Assembly (NCBI GenBank): GCA_051294375.1
Contig: CM119265.1
Location: 18,772,631 to 18,836,630 of the forward strand
Source of the DNA: Paraspadella gotoi
Taxonomy: Eukaryota > Animalia > Chaetognatha
Direction of reading: 5' to 3'
Length of the DNA: 64,000 nucleotides
A model generated the notes under the pieces. The model searched no databases. It was not told where the DNA came from and was given only the letters and a program-made list of their open reading frames with translations. The translations under genes and the position numbers were made by a program. Positions within the stretch are counted from its first letter, which is position 1; every line of letters starts with the position of its first letter. Positions 1-59,012 of the stretch are shown here, piece after piece.

Positions 1-1350
1 CTTTCTCTTTCTCCTGGCCGAATAAAGAAATACTCTAAATGAAAAGTGACTCGACCGCGTCAATGCCGAAACTCGGTTTCTTTTTCATACAAAGGTTTCT
101 TTTTTAAGACTTTCTTTTCCTTTTCTTTTCTCTCTTCTTTATCTCTATCTTTTTTGTTATTTTCCATCTTTCCTTTTCTTTTTCTTTTTCTTTTCTCTCT
201 TTTTTTTCTCTATCTTTTCTGTTCTTTTCCATCTTTTCTTTTCTTTTCTTTTTCAATTCGATTCCTTTCTTATCTTCTCTCCCCTTTGCTCTTGTACGTC
301 ATCCTTTGCACTTTATAAAGAAAATGACGAGAACGTTTTTTTTTATGACGCAAAAACTGCGAACAAACCTTCTAATATTCTTTATGATTAAGAACAAAAG
401 AAAAATACATTAACGATTTAAGAAGAAATGTTATCAACGCGCCTGTCGGTTGCATCGGCGAAAACTGATGAAGGTCGACTTTTTTTTCGTCCTCATGGAT
501 CGAGTTAAAATATCTTAATGAACGCCCTCAAAGTATGATTTATGTAGTACAATTACAGAGCCATTTTTCTTTCTTGTCGACATATCGTGTTTATGGTGAA
601 TCGTTTATTTTGATTTTAAAGGTTTCGTAATTATCAGTTAATCCTTCACGAGAGTGCGCACAACCATTTTTTGCTTATAATATAAATTTCGATGACAGAG
701 CGAGTTATTTTCACAATCACAACGACGTTCACAACACAGACCGAAATAAATAGGAAGGGGTCCGCAGAGAATAAACAGGTTTCAATTTTTGACAAGGCCC
801 AAAACATTTTGGCAAAGGAGCAATGCTGAATGGAGCCACCCTTCCTGAATCACAATCAGCGAGAAACTCGGAATGACCTCGACGACAATGAAGGCAATTA
901 ACCGTGAGGCCACACTTCGATCCTCCCCGATGCAAAATCTCCGATCTCCGAATCCCTTGTCTTTGAAACTTTATCCAAAATCTCTTATTCTCGATTCTTT
1001 GTCACCCATCTTAAAATCCACGATCTTCGATCTTCGATCATGGAACTCGGATCCTAAACATCCGATCCCCGGTTCCCCATTCTCAATCCCCACAAATTCC
1101 TTAATCCACAATTTTTAAGACTGGATCTCGAATCCCTCATCAAGTCATCATAGATCCCGAATCTTAACTCCCAATCCTCCAAGCTTTCGATCCCCGATCC
1201 CAAAATTCCATCCCCGATCTCCCATAGTTTATATTCGATCCATCGAACCCAACCCGATATTACTATCCTCGATCTCTAATCCCAAATCCCCATTTCTCCG
1301 ATCCCCAAAAATCCCCGATTACATTCCCACCCTCTCTTTTCGACACCTAC

Positions 1351-1519
1351 CTTGACTATGGTAAGCATCTCCTTCTTGGAAATGTACCCCGAGGCGTCCA
1401 GATCGTAGAGCCTGAAGGCCCAGCGCAACTTCTGCTCGGCGTTTCCCTTCGACGTCACCGAAATGGCCGTGATGAACTCGCGGAAGTCGATGAAGCCAGA
1501 GTTGTCGTTGTCGAACATC
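1351..1519 (-). CDS. Neuronal calcium sensor, coding exon 2 (EF-hands 2 and 3); later exons not found in the window
   Basis: CCAG| acceptor in phase with exon 1. Translates [56 protein letters not shown] with two canonical EF loops. Ends at AAG|GTAGGT. Confidence 0.93.
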
Positions 1520-3369
1520 CTGGAGCCGCGGTTGGGGGGGGGTCGTTGGGAAATGGTGAGGGGGTTAGGGGGTTAAGAGGGTAGGAAGGGGAAAAAACGT
1601 CGTTGCCACATTGTCATTGGCAGCATGATCGATATTTTTATGAAGTGACATGACATTGACGACAGTCTCTTTAGATAAAACGCGATTTGGAATTTGGGGA
1701 GGGGCTTATGAATAACCTTAATCAGTTCACGAAAGACTGTGTGACAAATGTCTTTCGTGGATGTTTGTGGATGAGAATTTTAGAAAAGCCTTGCGGATCG
1801 AATTAAATCGAGAAATGGTTTGGAAGATTAAAAAATAAATGGAGAGAATAGATAATGGATATGATAATAAAGAAAACAAGACAACGAGAATGAAAAGAAT
1901 TACAAAAGAGAAAATAGAAATGGTAAATAATAAATGAATAAAAATTAAAAACGGAATGAAGTTTGGACTATCAAATTAAATTGTGCTGATAGAGAAAAAA
2001 AAAGGATACCTAATGATATTCTATGAAAAGAATTAGAAAGAGAGTATCAACAATCAAGATATAATAAAGTAGATAAAACATTAAATCAAATGCAAGTCAA
2101 GTAAATGAACTGGCCATATATTATGGAGATGAAGGGNNNNNNNNNNTAAAAATGAGGCTAAAATGAAGAGAATAATGGACTAAACACGAGGCGAATGAAT
2201 TTGCATTTCTCTCGTTTCTATTCGACGCGCGTTTCTCGCTTTGTGTCTCGTCACCAGTGACTGTCCCTAATTAACTCCAAAACGAAAACGAACTCTCGAT
2301 TTGTTTATTTGATTTTTTTATTTGTTTAATTTGTTTATTTAATTTTTTTTTTTATTTCGCTGAGTTTTTTTGTCTTTTTTTTCCGCTTTGTGTCGCTTTG
2401 TCTACTGCAAGCTTTAGTCGTTGTCTAGTTTTATCAGCGTTTCTCCGACAGTTCTGACGTCTCTCGAAATCATCATGGAAATAAATTTTGACAGAGCTAC
2501 GTCACTTTCAGAAGCTTCGCAAGATATACGTAATATTTGAAACCTTTTTCGATATTCATTTTATTATTTATGTAATTTACACGCATGAATGTACGAATAA
2601 AAATACAAAATGGGATTAATTAAAGAATACTGATTTTATTCGTATTTGCCAATAATTCTCCCTACAGACTTGCTAAGAATTCACCCACGGCCATTTTCTC
2701 TTCATCGCTTCGAATGATCAAAGAAACTCGTCTTCTTTTCAAGAATTCAACGCGAATCCATAAAATATTCGCGTCTCTAGAATCCGATTCTTTCCTTCGC
2801 AATCGAGATTCGCGGCTTCACAATTCACACATTCACCGATCCTGGTCTCACGCCTCCAATTTTAACCGATTCGGTCCCATGCCGTCTGTGACTTCTATCC
2901 CATTTTCATCCGCCCTTGTGCCTTGCCAACTGTGCTTTGCAGCTTGGCCGGGTGTGTCATGTAAAAGCCTTACTCTGCAACTTGCCACTTGTCCTCACCA
3001 ACTTTGTCCCTTCGCCATTCACACCCTCGTCCTACTAAGTCCCCACCACCACCCCACAACCACTCAAATGGCGCACCTTACTCTTCCCTTAAATCTTTGA
3101 TGTTCATCGTTCGACGAAAGGAAGAAAGAAAATCAGATGAGTTTTACAAAATGGCTTCAAAAGTCCATAAAACTTTTATCGTCAGTCAACCAAATACAAA
3201 AGGATCGAATGATCGGGAAGCATCACGCGGTCTTCTCTTCTTTCTCACAAACCAAGCAAAAGCACCAGTTTCACAAAAAAAGGGGAAAAAAGGCAGCTTC
3301 ACTTCATTCACCATTTACCAAATTCCCATTCATTTCTTTGTCTAGGAGGTTACGAAAACAAACGTGACC

Positions 3370-3491
<122 letters not shown>

Positions 3492-4281
3492 CCTCCGAGC
3501 GAATCAACGAGCAAATGAGTCTAAGCGTAAACAAAATATATCGGTCTCCCCATTTTTTTTTCCTTCCCTCGTTCCTCCTCTTAAATCCCAGTTAATGAAT
3601 TCCCGGGAATTTGTTTTCTCCCCTGGGGAATTCGCCGCTGTTTCGTCTTGTTTTGGTAGTCGTCGTGGGCGTTGGCGCCATCGTCCGTGTTCCGTCGTCG
3701 TCGTCGTCGTCGTGGCCACTGGCGCCATCGCATGAATTTTATCAATACTGATCCGTATTTCCTTTTCATTGAAGAGTAATCGTCAAAATTGGTCAAAGAG
3801 AAGGAGGATTCATGGAAATGAAAACACGGATTTTCACATCGTCGTCGTCGTCGTCGTCGTCGTCGTCATCAGGAGATCATTTTTCATCTTCATTATCAAC
3901 CTCGACTCTTTTTCTCCAGGAGTCTCGCTGCTTTTGAATTTTTCCGTTTTTGTTTACCGACGTCGTCGTCGTCGTTGTCATCGTCGTCATTGTTGTCGTT
4001 TGTCGAAACGAGGCCTACGTTGCCTCAGATTAGTCGTTTTCCTCCTCGTCGTCGCCGTCGTCGTCGTCGTGATCGTTCGCATCGACGCCATCTTTGTTTA
4101 CTCCTTGTCGTGTGGTGATAATTCAAGTTATTGTATATCTGTTTGATTGGTACCGACTCATTGTACGCATTGTGCCTCTCGTCTGCAGTTGCAGTTATTT
4201 CCGCCGTCTGTATTCGATCTCGTCAAAAGACCATCCGCGTCCACATTTTAGATAACGATGTACAAGAGGACGACGACAGCA

Positions 4282-4282
4282 T

Positions 4283-4373
<91 letters not shown>
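4282..4373. repeat. (GAT)n microsatellite in the NCS intron
   Basis: About 30 perfect GAT units; these explain the poly-D/poly-M/poly-I ORFs. Confidence 0.95.
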
Positions 4374-4779
4374 AAGGATTTTCATGATGATTTTGGCGAT
4401 TATAATGATAAAGAGGATAATGTCGATTTTATCACCAAAAAAAACGAAAGTAGCAAGAGTCGTTATAGTCGTCGTCTTTAATGTTGTCATTGACTCATTT
4501 TTGATTGAGTTTTTCGGGTGCAGCATCGAATCAAGTTAATGTCGTTAACGTTATTGATTCCATCAGGGACAATATCCTCGTTGAGAAGAAAGAGCTTAAC
4601 GATTAGTTTCATCCTGTCCACTTGTTATCCTCTCTTCTTTATGTTATACCATATTCATTTTTTTACAAGTGAAGAGACAGTAATAATTTCTATGAAAATT
4701 TGCAAATTATTTGTTTCACTATTTTGTATTATTATTTTTTATGAAGGATTTAGTATTTAATCTTATTATTTTATTAATC

Positions 4780-4998
4780 TATGAGTTAGTGACAGAACCG
4801 TTCAATATAAGCCGTCCCTGAGCTTCGGATCAGGATGTAACACCGTATTAGAGGTGGGTTAAGCGCGCCGTCCTTCTTAACTGCGAGGCGACCACCGGGC
4901 TAGAACCCAGGACCGTTGGGTAGGGAAGCGAATGACTTACATCCTGCACCATTGCCCGCTGAGGAATGGTTGGTGTAGTTTAGTCCACCATACAAGTT
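4780..4998 (-). mobile_element. Dispersed repeat with a tRNA-like head (SINE-like), copy A
   Basis: Reverse complement aligns to 28268-28451. Minus strand has TGGTGCAGGATG (A-box-like) and GGTTCTAGCCC (B-box-like). Confidence 0.6.
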
Positions 4999-5316
4999 TC
5001 ATTTTTTTTATTCAAAACTTTTCCGTTTTCGTCATTTTTTTATGTACATACTTTTCCAATTTCGTCTTTCAATTTTCTTCTTATTTTCTCGTCAGTCCCT
5101 CTTTTTCCTCTTTCTTTTTTTTTCTCTCGCTCATCATTTTCTTCCCCATTTTTCGTTTGTCATCTTCTCCATTTTCTCGGGGACCAAAAAACGACCAAAC
5201 AGATTCCTCCATCAGCGAACCATGGCGGCAATAATCGGACGCCATCTCCGTCGCCGTCGAGCAATAGAGTCGATGCGGTGGTCCGCTTTATGGCCGATTT
5301 CCAGTCACCAGATTTC

Positions 5317-5439
<123 letters not shown>

Positions 5440-7120
5440 TTTTCCGTTGAAATCACGGGTCAACAAATCAATAGTTGGCGGAGAGAATTTGGTCAGTGTT
5501 GACCCAGATTATCGACTGTCCGCGGATTGCGGAGACTCGGATTAGCGAAATCTCTTAATGCGGAAATTTTCTGTCAAGATCGATCGCTTTGTTTGCTTTC
5601 GACGTCATATTCTCGTCATAATCGTTAACAATTTAATCACCCCTCCAGTTTAATCTTAATCATAAACTCGGTGGCGTTCATTTTCTAAACCAAATGCATT
5701 TTGTGCTCGCGCGAGTTTATTGCCTTCCGGTTACTATAAATAGAAACGCATTTGGGTTAAAGGGAAGGGGAGTTCATGTCAGCTTCTTTACCGTTTGACG
5801 CGTTTGTTTCGGCCTCCACGCTCCCTGGCGCTAGAGTCGTTGAGCAATGAGATTTGATGAGAACAATAAGGCAGGACGCGATATTTTTAGTAGTATCTCG
5901 CTCTCTCAATGCTGTAGGTCAATGCTGTTTAGCTCAGCAATGGACGCACAAGAGAATCAACCAAAACATCTAGCGTCAGCGGCACAGAGACGCAGCAGCG
6001 GCAGCAAATGATTAATTAGCCAATATGATCAAAATGAGGAATTGTTAGATTTTCGCCAAAACCAAAATGAAACAAATAAAGAAGAAACAGGAAAGGATCT
6101 CCCGAAGGATTTCGGTGTTTCGTTTTCTCTTTTACTTCGACCTGAATCTATTTTTAAAACGGAACCGTATTTATTCAGAGTCTCTCCTGACTTCGCCCGA
6201 TGTTTTGTCTGTCCGCAGATCCTTTGTTTTTTCTTCTTCTTATTCGTTTTCGCTTTTTTTTTTTTTTTGGCCGCCAAATCGATTAAACGCGATTGTTGTT
6301 GTTGTGATTGTCCTTGTGATGTAGTTGTTGTTGGCAGACACTCTTCGTCGCACGAGACTCGAGCGAAAGAGAGAGGATATTGTCGAACATACGAACAAGG
6401 GGGTCGACGGATATAAAAACAAAGATGGGGTCGGGATATTGGAACAAAGATGAGGCGGAAATATATATCCAAAGAAATTATCAACGCCATTGGCAGATAA
6501 AAGAGATATTGAGTAGCTCTGAAAGTATGTAGAAATACTGTAGTAGAGATGAAAATAGCTTAAAAACTACGAGAAATACCTTTAACCTAACATTTAACTT
6601 ATATATTTACTATCCTTATATACTAGGTAGTGGTATAGTATAGTTAGTAGTCTACTAAACGAATTGTGACACTTAATTTTAAAATTATTAAACATTTATC
6701 TCAGCACAGGTCGCACCAAATACGAACGCCCCCGGTATTACGCCCACCGAATTCCCTATTTAGAAACAGGATCTTTGGTTTTTCCGAGAAAAAAAAAATT
6801 CTTAATCGAGTCTCGGAGAAGAGAAGATTGGCTTTCTTATCTTGGAATGAAGAGAAACTTTATTATTATAGTTTGTATAAGTTTAAGTTTACAACCTTGA
6901 TTTTAGGAAAAAGGTAGAACGACAATTTTTCGACAAACAGGATTTTCCGTCGTGAAAATTGAAAGAATTATATCAGATTTCAGATCTGGCGGGGGGGGGG
7001 GATAAACTATGTGCTGCAGATTCAACACGGCTTGGCACCGAACAGATACAAAGAAAAGTGTTTCAGCAATGAGTTGCGAATGACCGTAACTGAACGTAAA
7101 GTCTCGAGCGCTTTCCTCAC

Positions 7121-7335
7121 CTGAATACGTGATCGCTGAAGGCAGAAGGGTCGCCTTCGGGGAAGATGTTTTGGTACATAATCTTGAACTCGTCGGCGTT
7201 GATCTTTCCAGAAGGGCAGTCGCGGATGAAGCCCTTGTACCACTCCTGGATCTCTTGGTCGCTGAAGAAAGTCTGTTGGCGCAAATCCGCCAACTCTTCC
7301 GGTTTCAAGGTCGGCTTAGATTTTCCAGAACCCAT
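7121..7335 (-). CDS. Neuronal calcium sensor (neurocalcin/hippocalcin-like), coding exon 1
   Basis: Translates MGSGKSKPTLKPEELADLRQQTFFSDQEIQEWYKGFIRDCPSG...DHVFR: MGxxxS myristoylation motif and the NCS signature EIQEWYKGFxRDCPSG. Ends at an AG|GTGAGG donor. Confidence 0.93.
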
Positions 7336-8827
7336 TTTTTTTTTCGTTTCCTTGTTTCTTTTTTTTTTTGTTTTTTGTTTTGGGAGTGTGTTTTTTTTTC
7401 CGTGAGGTGTTTTAAATGTCAGGAGAGAAGGGATGTTTTTTTTTTTAGACTAAAGAAGAGAGATTGTATTTGTCTTTTCTCGTTCCGTTTGTTCGTTTGT
7501 TCCGTACTTGTTCAGAGCTTGTTCTTGTTTTTTTTTTTTAGTTCCAACCTCCCTGGAGTTTTCCCGGTTCTTCAAAACGACTATTGTACATTCGTGAAAT
7601 TTCGGAATTTTTTTGAATTGGCTTTTTTATTCGGGATTTCTATCCTGATTTGAAATTGAGATTGAAACAAGACTTAACCGGAAATTATTTTCGCGTGAAC
7701 GGAATTCACTGTGATTTTTCTCGTCGTCGCCAGACGCAAACCCAAGATATTAGACGGGGGAAGGGAGTTTAAGTGAACAGAAAGAAAAGGATTTAGCGAG
7801 TGAAAAACGGGAAAGAGGAAAAGAATTGGCGAGTGTGAGTCACGGACTGGAAGGGAGAGTGAGAGAAAGGGAGAGGTCCGACGGAGAAGGGAGTAATAGA
7901 GAAGGAAGAAAATAAAGCTGAAGGAAATAGAGGAAAGAACGGGAAAAGAGAGATGGATCGTTAGCGGGGAAAAAAAGAGATGATTGGGGAAAAATAGGGT
8001 AAATAAAAAGGTGAATTAACGAGGGGAAAATGTATTCGTGATCGGCCGAAAGAAGGGACAAGTCAAACGACGAAAAAATAAAACCCCTGCGTCCACACCC
8101 CGAGGTTTTAATCCACGAGTTTTTAAATCTCGTGCAGGTGATGTAGTCGTGGGGCGGCCGTCGTTACGATCAAGCAGTCCTTGCCCCCAAATTTGCCAGG
8201 CTAGATGGCGGCTCTCTCTCCTTGCGACGCCGCTGTCGCCGCTCCGACACTTTTTTTTCCCGCTACGAACGTGTCAGGTCCCTTCTCGTTTCGAAACCCG
8301 ACGCGCGGGCAAACGACTTCATGACTCGGGCGTTGGATTTGCGAGGGTCAAGGGTCAACTGTCGAAAAGCGACGGGCGAGAGATGGTGGGGGGAGTAGGA
8401 GGAGGAGGAGGAGGAGGAGAAGTGGTCGTCGTGGTAGTATTTCCGAGGTCGTCCACCGGAAAGCGACGGAGAAAAGATGGCGACGAGTCCACCGTGATCT
8501 CGCGACCTTGGCGACGTCAAGACGAACGAACCAGAAACGTCTCCCTCCTTCTTTTTAAATTTCGGTCGAGCATCGATTTTCGATCTTCGCGTTTCAGGTG
8601 ACGTCCTTCTTTCTCTTCGACGATCAGGACTGGATTTTGTTGAGTCGTCGTTGCCCTTTTTTTTTTTTTAGCGGGGGTGGGATTAAAGGGAATTTATTGT
8701 TAAATAATGTTTAATATGAGTATTATATATGAAGAATAAAAATCACAGCCGAGTGTGTTCTAATAATTTCTTTGTAAAGATTGTATCGGTTCTCAAAGAT
8801 AAAACAAAATCGGTTTCGAACGACTTA

Positions 8828-9784
8828 CATGGTGACAATTTTACAAGCGCCGGTAAAAAAACGCTGTCATTTGCAAACCAGTGGTTAGTTCATTGATTTT
8901 AAATATTAGTTGAGTAGAAAATATTAAAGTCATTTATGTGTTCAAATTTTATATTGATCAGTTAAGATATGCCTTGACAATGAGTGGAGAAAGTTGGCTT
9001 GTAAAATCGTGTTTATTTTACAACTCACTTTTTTAGATTCAATTTTTTTCTCTTACTTTCAGTAAGTTTTCTAAAGAAATTTGAAATAAAATAATATTAA
9101 TATTATTATCTTCTGAAAGCCCTTGTAAATCTAAAGAGAATGACATACTTACAAATACTGTAGTGTAAAATTTAACCGGCCCAGCTTTAATTTAATTAGG
9201 ATACTCAAAAACAAGACATCTTTCCAAAAATCAATAGCTAGAGGGTAAATTTAAGATTTTTATCAAATTGTGATTGGCTATATTAAATCTCTTTCTTTCA
9301 GTCTCTTTCATGATATTTATATAAATAATAATATTTTATGTTATAATAATTTAAACAGGTCATATATTTAAAAAATGATTTAAAATTTTAGATAATTAAC
9401 TTTTGATTCTCTTAATTGAACCAAGGCTGGGCAGCTTAATTTTTATGTTAGAGCTTTCGTAAGTATATCATTCTCTTAATTTTTTTAAGGGCTTTCTGAG
9501 GATATTAATATTGTTAATATCTTAATAAATACTTTGTTTAAAAAAGTGCTAAAATTAAAAAAAAAATTGAATTTAAAAACAGTGAGTTGGAAAATGAAAC
9601 CCGATTTTACAAGCCAACTTTCTCCACTCAATGCCAAGGCATATCTTAACTCATCAATATAAAATTTAAACACATAAATGACTTTAATATTTTCTACTCA
9701 ACTAATTTTTAAAATCAATGAAATAACCACTGGTTTGGCAAATGACAGCGTTTTTATACCGGCGCTTGTAAAATTGTCACCATG
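8828..9784. mobile_element. Foldback MITE with long terminal inverted repeats and TA flanks (Tc1/mariner-type, non-autonomous)
   Basis: TA|CATGGTGACAATTTTACAAGCGCCGG ... CCGGCGCTTGTAAAATTGTCACCATG|TA. Inverted similarity extends more than 300 bp inward. A second copy lies at 62696-63099. Confidence 0.9.
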
Positions 9785-11474
9785 TATAACGATTTTAATT
9801 TAACTCTGTATTTAAATAAAAAAAATTAAATTGATTTCAACAACGCGTTTCCGGTTAATTTATAAATTAAGCCGAAACATGTCTGTTTCTCTTTGAAATA
9901 AAAAACTCGTAGAAATAAATTTCAAATTTTTCCTTTAAACTTAACATACAACGAAAAGAAAGGATTACCCATTAAATTATGTATTTTAATTTGAATTACA
10001 GCCTACTTTTTCATTGAAAATTTCATTAAACGAAATTAAAAATTGACTGGAGCGAACGCCGGGAATGTTTAATTAATCTTTACTCTTAAAATCCGCAAAA
10101 AAATTAGGAGCGGTGCCAATTTTTAAAAAAATTTCGACTAATTTTTTTCTCCATTAAATCAATTTTAAAGTTTTTTCTTTAATTTTTTTATTTTTAAAAT
10201 GATGAGTTTAAAAAGCATCGCGTTGTAAGCAAAGAGCTGTCGGCGCGGAGTGAAAGCTGGTCTCTTCCGAGAGAGATATAATTGAAATAAACATTTTAAA
10301 GAGGTAGAAAGATAAATGAAATATTTCAGCCAACCAAAAACATAATTGAAAATAACCTTTTAATTGTAAACGAAGGGTAAAGAACAGTTAAAGAATAATG
10401 AAAGTATTGTTTTAACCCCCCCCCCAAAAAAAAAAAATGAAAAACGAAAAAGAAAAAATGAGCGACGATCGAAATATCCAAAAATTAAACAATCTTATCG
10501 CGAAAGATTAAAAGTCAAACAAAAAGTTGTATTTAACGAAAGCAATCGATCCCCAATTTACCGAAATCCTTTCTCCCCCCCCCACCTGTCCTCGCGTTCG
10601 GTCATCAAAGGGAGGAAAGAAAGAAAAAAAAATCAAATAATTACAAAAATTGGGGAGAAAAACATACATTTATAATAAATTGGGACGAAATGTAAAAAAA
10701 AAATGTATAGATTGGCGAATTTTCGCAGACTCATCCGCGTCCGAGTGAAAGATCGGTTTTCGAATCAACGGTGATTTTTTAAAATTTTATTTTTAATACT
10801 CTTAAATCTTGAGCGAAGGGATGATCCGAGGAAGCAGAAGTTGCGCGTAAAGTCGCCGTCGAATAACTTTTATTTACTCTCCTAATTATATAATATTCAT
10901 ATTTATCAATACCAAAACAAAAATAAATTCAATTCTAATTCTGGATCATACATTTTGATGTTTTTTTTTAAATTAATAAACATATTTTTTACTTATTTAT
11001 TTTACTTATTCCAAATTAAAACTAAAAATAAACTAAAAAAATAGAGAAAATAATATGCTGCCCCAAATACTCTAATAAAGTGAAAACTTTAAAAAAAGTA
11101 CATTTTTAGAAAACGGGGGAAAAAAATCCAGATTCGCTTCCGACGAAAAACAGTCGGATTTTTTTCGTTTGTTAGTTTAAAAATGCTCCTTCATAGTTTG
11201 TTTTTTAATGTTCGATTCGGTCTTTACGTCTTTTCCGTTTCGTATCGAATGAAAAACGATTTTATAGATTATTTGCGGTGGACGTCATCGTCTTGGTCGT
11301 CGTCGTTATCGTCATCACCGTCGTCGTCATCCCTACTAGGTAGGATTTTCTATCGAGCATCGATTCATACGGCGCTCGCTCGTCAGAATCGTCGTTGTCA
11401 CCAGTGACTTCGTCGTCGTCGTCGTCGTCGCAGTCCTCGGCGTCTTTGAGCAGAAGGAGAGATAGAGAGAATAG

Positions 11475-22027
<10,553 letters not shown>

Positions 22028-22253
22028 TTAGAGAATTTAATGCATTTAAATAAATATTTACTCAGGTTTTATATAAATGTTTTTAGCCAAATTATACCTT
22101 AAAAACGATCATTAGAAATATAACGTAAATGCTTAATTATAAAAGCAACTTCATTTTCTTATTAGTTTATAAGTTTATGAAAAAATGATTAGTGTATTAG
22201 TGTAAACTTTAAATTATGGTCCATTGCGAAGCAAGGAAGACGTGATCGAGAAC

Positions 22254-22267
22254 GTCACCATGGAAAC
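22254..22267. promoter_or_regulatory. RFX X-box upstream of the dynein gene
   Basis: GTCACCATGGAAAC matches the ciliary X-box consensus GTHNYYATRRNAAC, about 415 bp upstream of the putative ATG at 22681. A GTAAGT donor at about 22383 suggests a 5'UTR exon. Confidence 0.7.
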
Positions 22268-22680
22268 GAAATGATCGACAGGGAGGCGCGAAATCCGGGA
22301 TGTCTTTTTCGTGGAAACAACAACAACAACAACCCTAGTTTATCTGTTTTTTTTTTCTTAAAATTTTATTTTCTGTCTTGACGTAAGTAAAACAAAATCG
22401 ATGCGATTTCGTTTGATTTCCTGAACCGTAATATTTCTCACCTAAAATCGTCCATTACTAAAAAGTTTCTCATTTATTAAGTTAACTAAAATTTTTACCG
22501 TTGATGAAAGTTTAATTGAACTCAATGCCCCAGATTTCATAGTGCGATTGTTGGTTTATTAAAAAAAAGGAAAAGAATATTAACGTAAGGACTCGGATTG
22601 AAACGCCGACGCTAATGATAAACTGATATATTTTATTGACTTTGCGACATCATGATCTCCTTTTGATTCGCGGGATAAAA

Positions 22681-57967
<35,287 letters not shown>

Positions 57968-58565
57968 GGCGAAAACAAAAGACCAGTTTATTTAGTGATA
58001 TTTAATTATATTAGTGTGATATCTTCTGTTTTTTTTTTCTGGCAAAAATAAAAAATAATCATTTGATGGCGATTTTTTTTACATAGATACATAGATTAGT
58101 CGGCTCTATACAGTAAAATAAAGATGCAATTTTTTCTCAGAATAGTGACGGATCGTTACCAGATGGAAGGCTGAGTATAAATATGAAACCAATAGAAACG
58201 CAGATTTTACCAGCAAGTGCACGATGATTGGTCGATATCGCGTGACTTTTTGCGTCGCGGAAACGCAACATTTTAAGTCTTGGATTTTAATTTAAGTCTG
58301 CGTCCTACTTTCCTATTTTTTGTTAACGAAATGTTTTTTTTTATCTCCGTCGCTGAAAGTCTAAATGTTAGCAATATGCGTTCGATGCAAAAATTCTTTA
58401 CGGTTACCCTCTTGACAAATAGAATAACGCGAGCGTCATTAACAACAAACAAGGCATGATTTTCAGCCAAAGAATCGGCTCATACTCTCAATCGATTTCT
58501 TAGGAAGCCCACGTTTTTTCTCGCGGAAGTTTTTTTTTTCCGAATTTTTTTTCGGAAAAGTCAAG

Positions 58566-59012
58566 ATGCCGCGTGCTGTGGATAGCGACGACGACAACGC
58601 CAACGACAACAGTTGTAAACGTCGAAAGAGGTCCTGCTCGAAGAAACGCTCCAAGTCTCGCTGCGGCAAGAAGCGCTCTCGTTCACGCTGCGGCAAGAAG
58701 AGATCCAAGAGCCGTTGCGGCAAGAAGCGATCAAAGTCGAGGTGCGGCAAGAAAAGATCGAAGAGCCGTTGCGGAAAGAGAAGATCGCGCTCGAGGTGCG
58801 GCAAGAAAAGATCGAAGAGTCGCTGCGGCAAGAAGAGGTCCAAGAGTCGTTGCGGCAAGAAGCGGTCCAAGAGCCGATGCAAGAGGAAGAGGTCTCGCTC
58901 TTGCAAGAAAAGTGAGTCGTTATTTGTTTTGAGTCTTTTGGTTCTTTTCTTTCGCCGTTTGTAAGAATTTCGTGACATTTAAACGAAATTAAACTGAATT
59001 CCAGAGTGTTAA
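58566..59012 (+). CDS. Protamine-like / sperm nuclear basic protein candidate, 117 aa (exons 58566-58911 and 59005-59012)
   Basis: MPRAVDSDDDNANDNSCKRRKRSCSKK-(RSKSRCGKK-type)x9-RSRSCKKKC*. A|GTGAGT donor and TTCCAG| acceptor are in phase. Synonymous codons vary among the repeats while the amino acids are conserved. Confidence 0.75.

Noticed and set aside
940-1330. Degenerate GATCCC/ATCCC-rich tract with short ORFs
   Set aside because: Low-complexity intronic sequence with no fixed period or recognisable protein.
58463-58978. Antisense and alternative-frame repeat ORFs (LDLFLPQR..., RQEKIEE...)
   Set aside because: They are shadows of the K/R/S/C repeat. Third-position variation is synonymous only in the 58566 frame, which also has an ATG and a matching splice.
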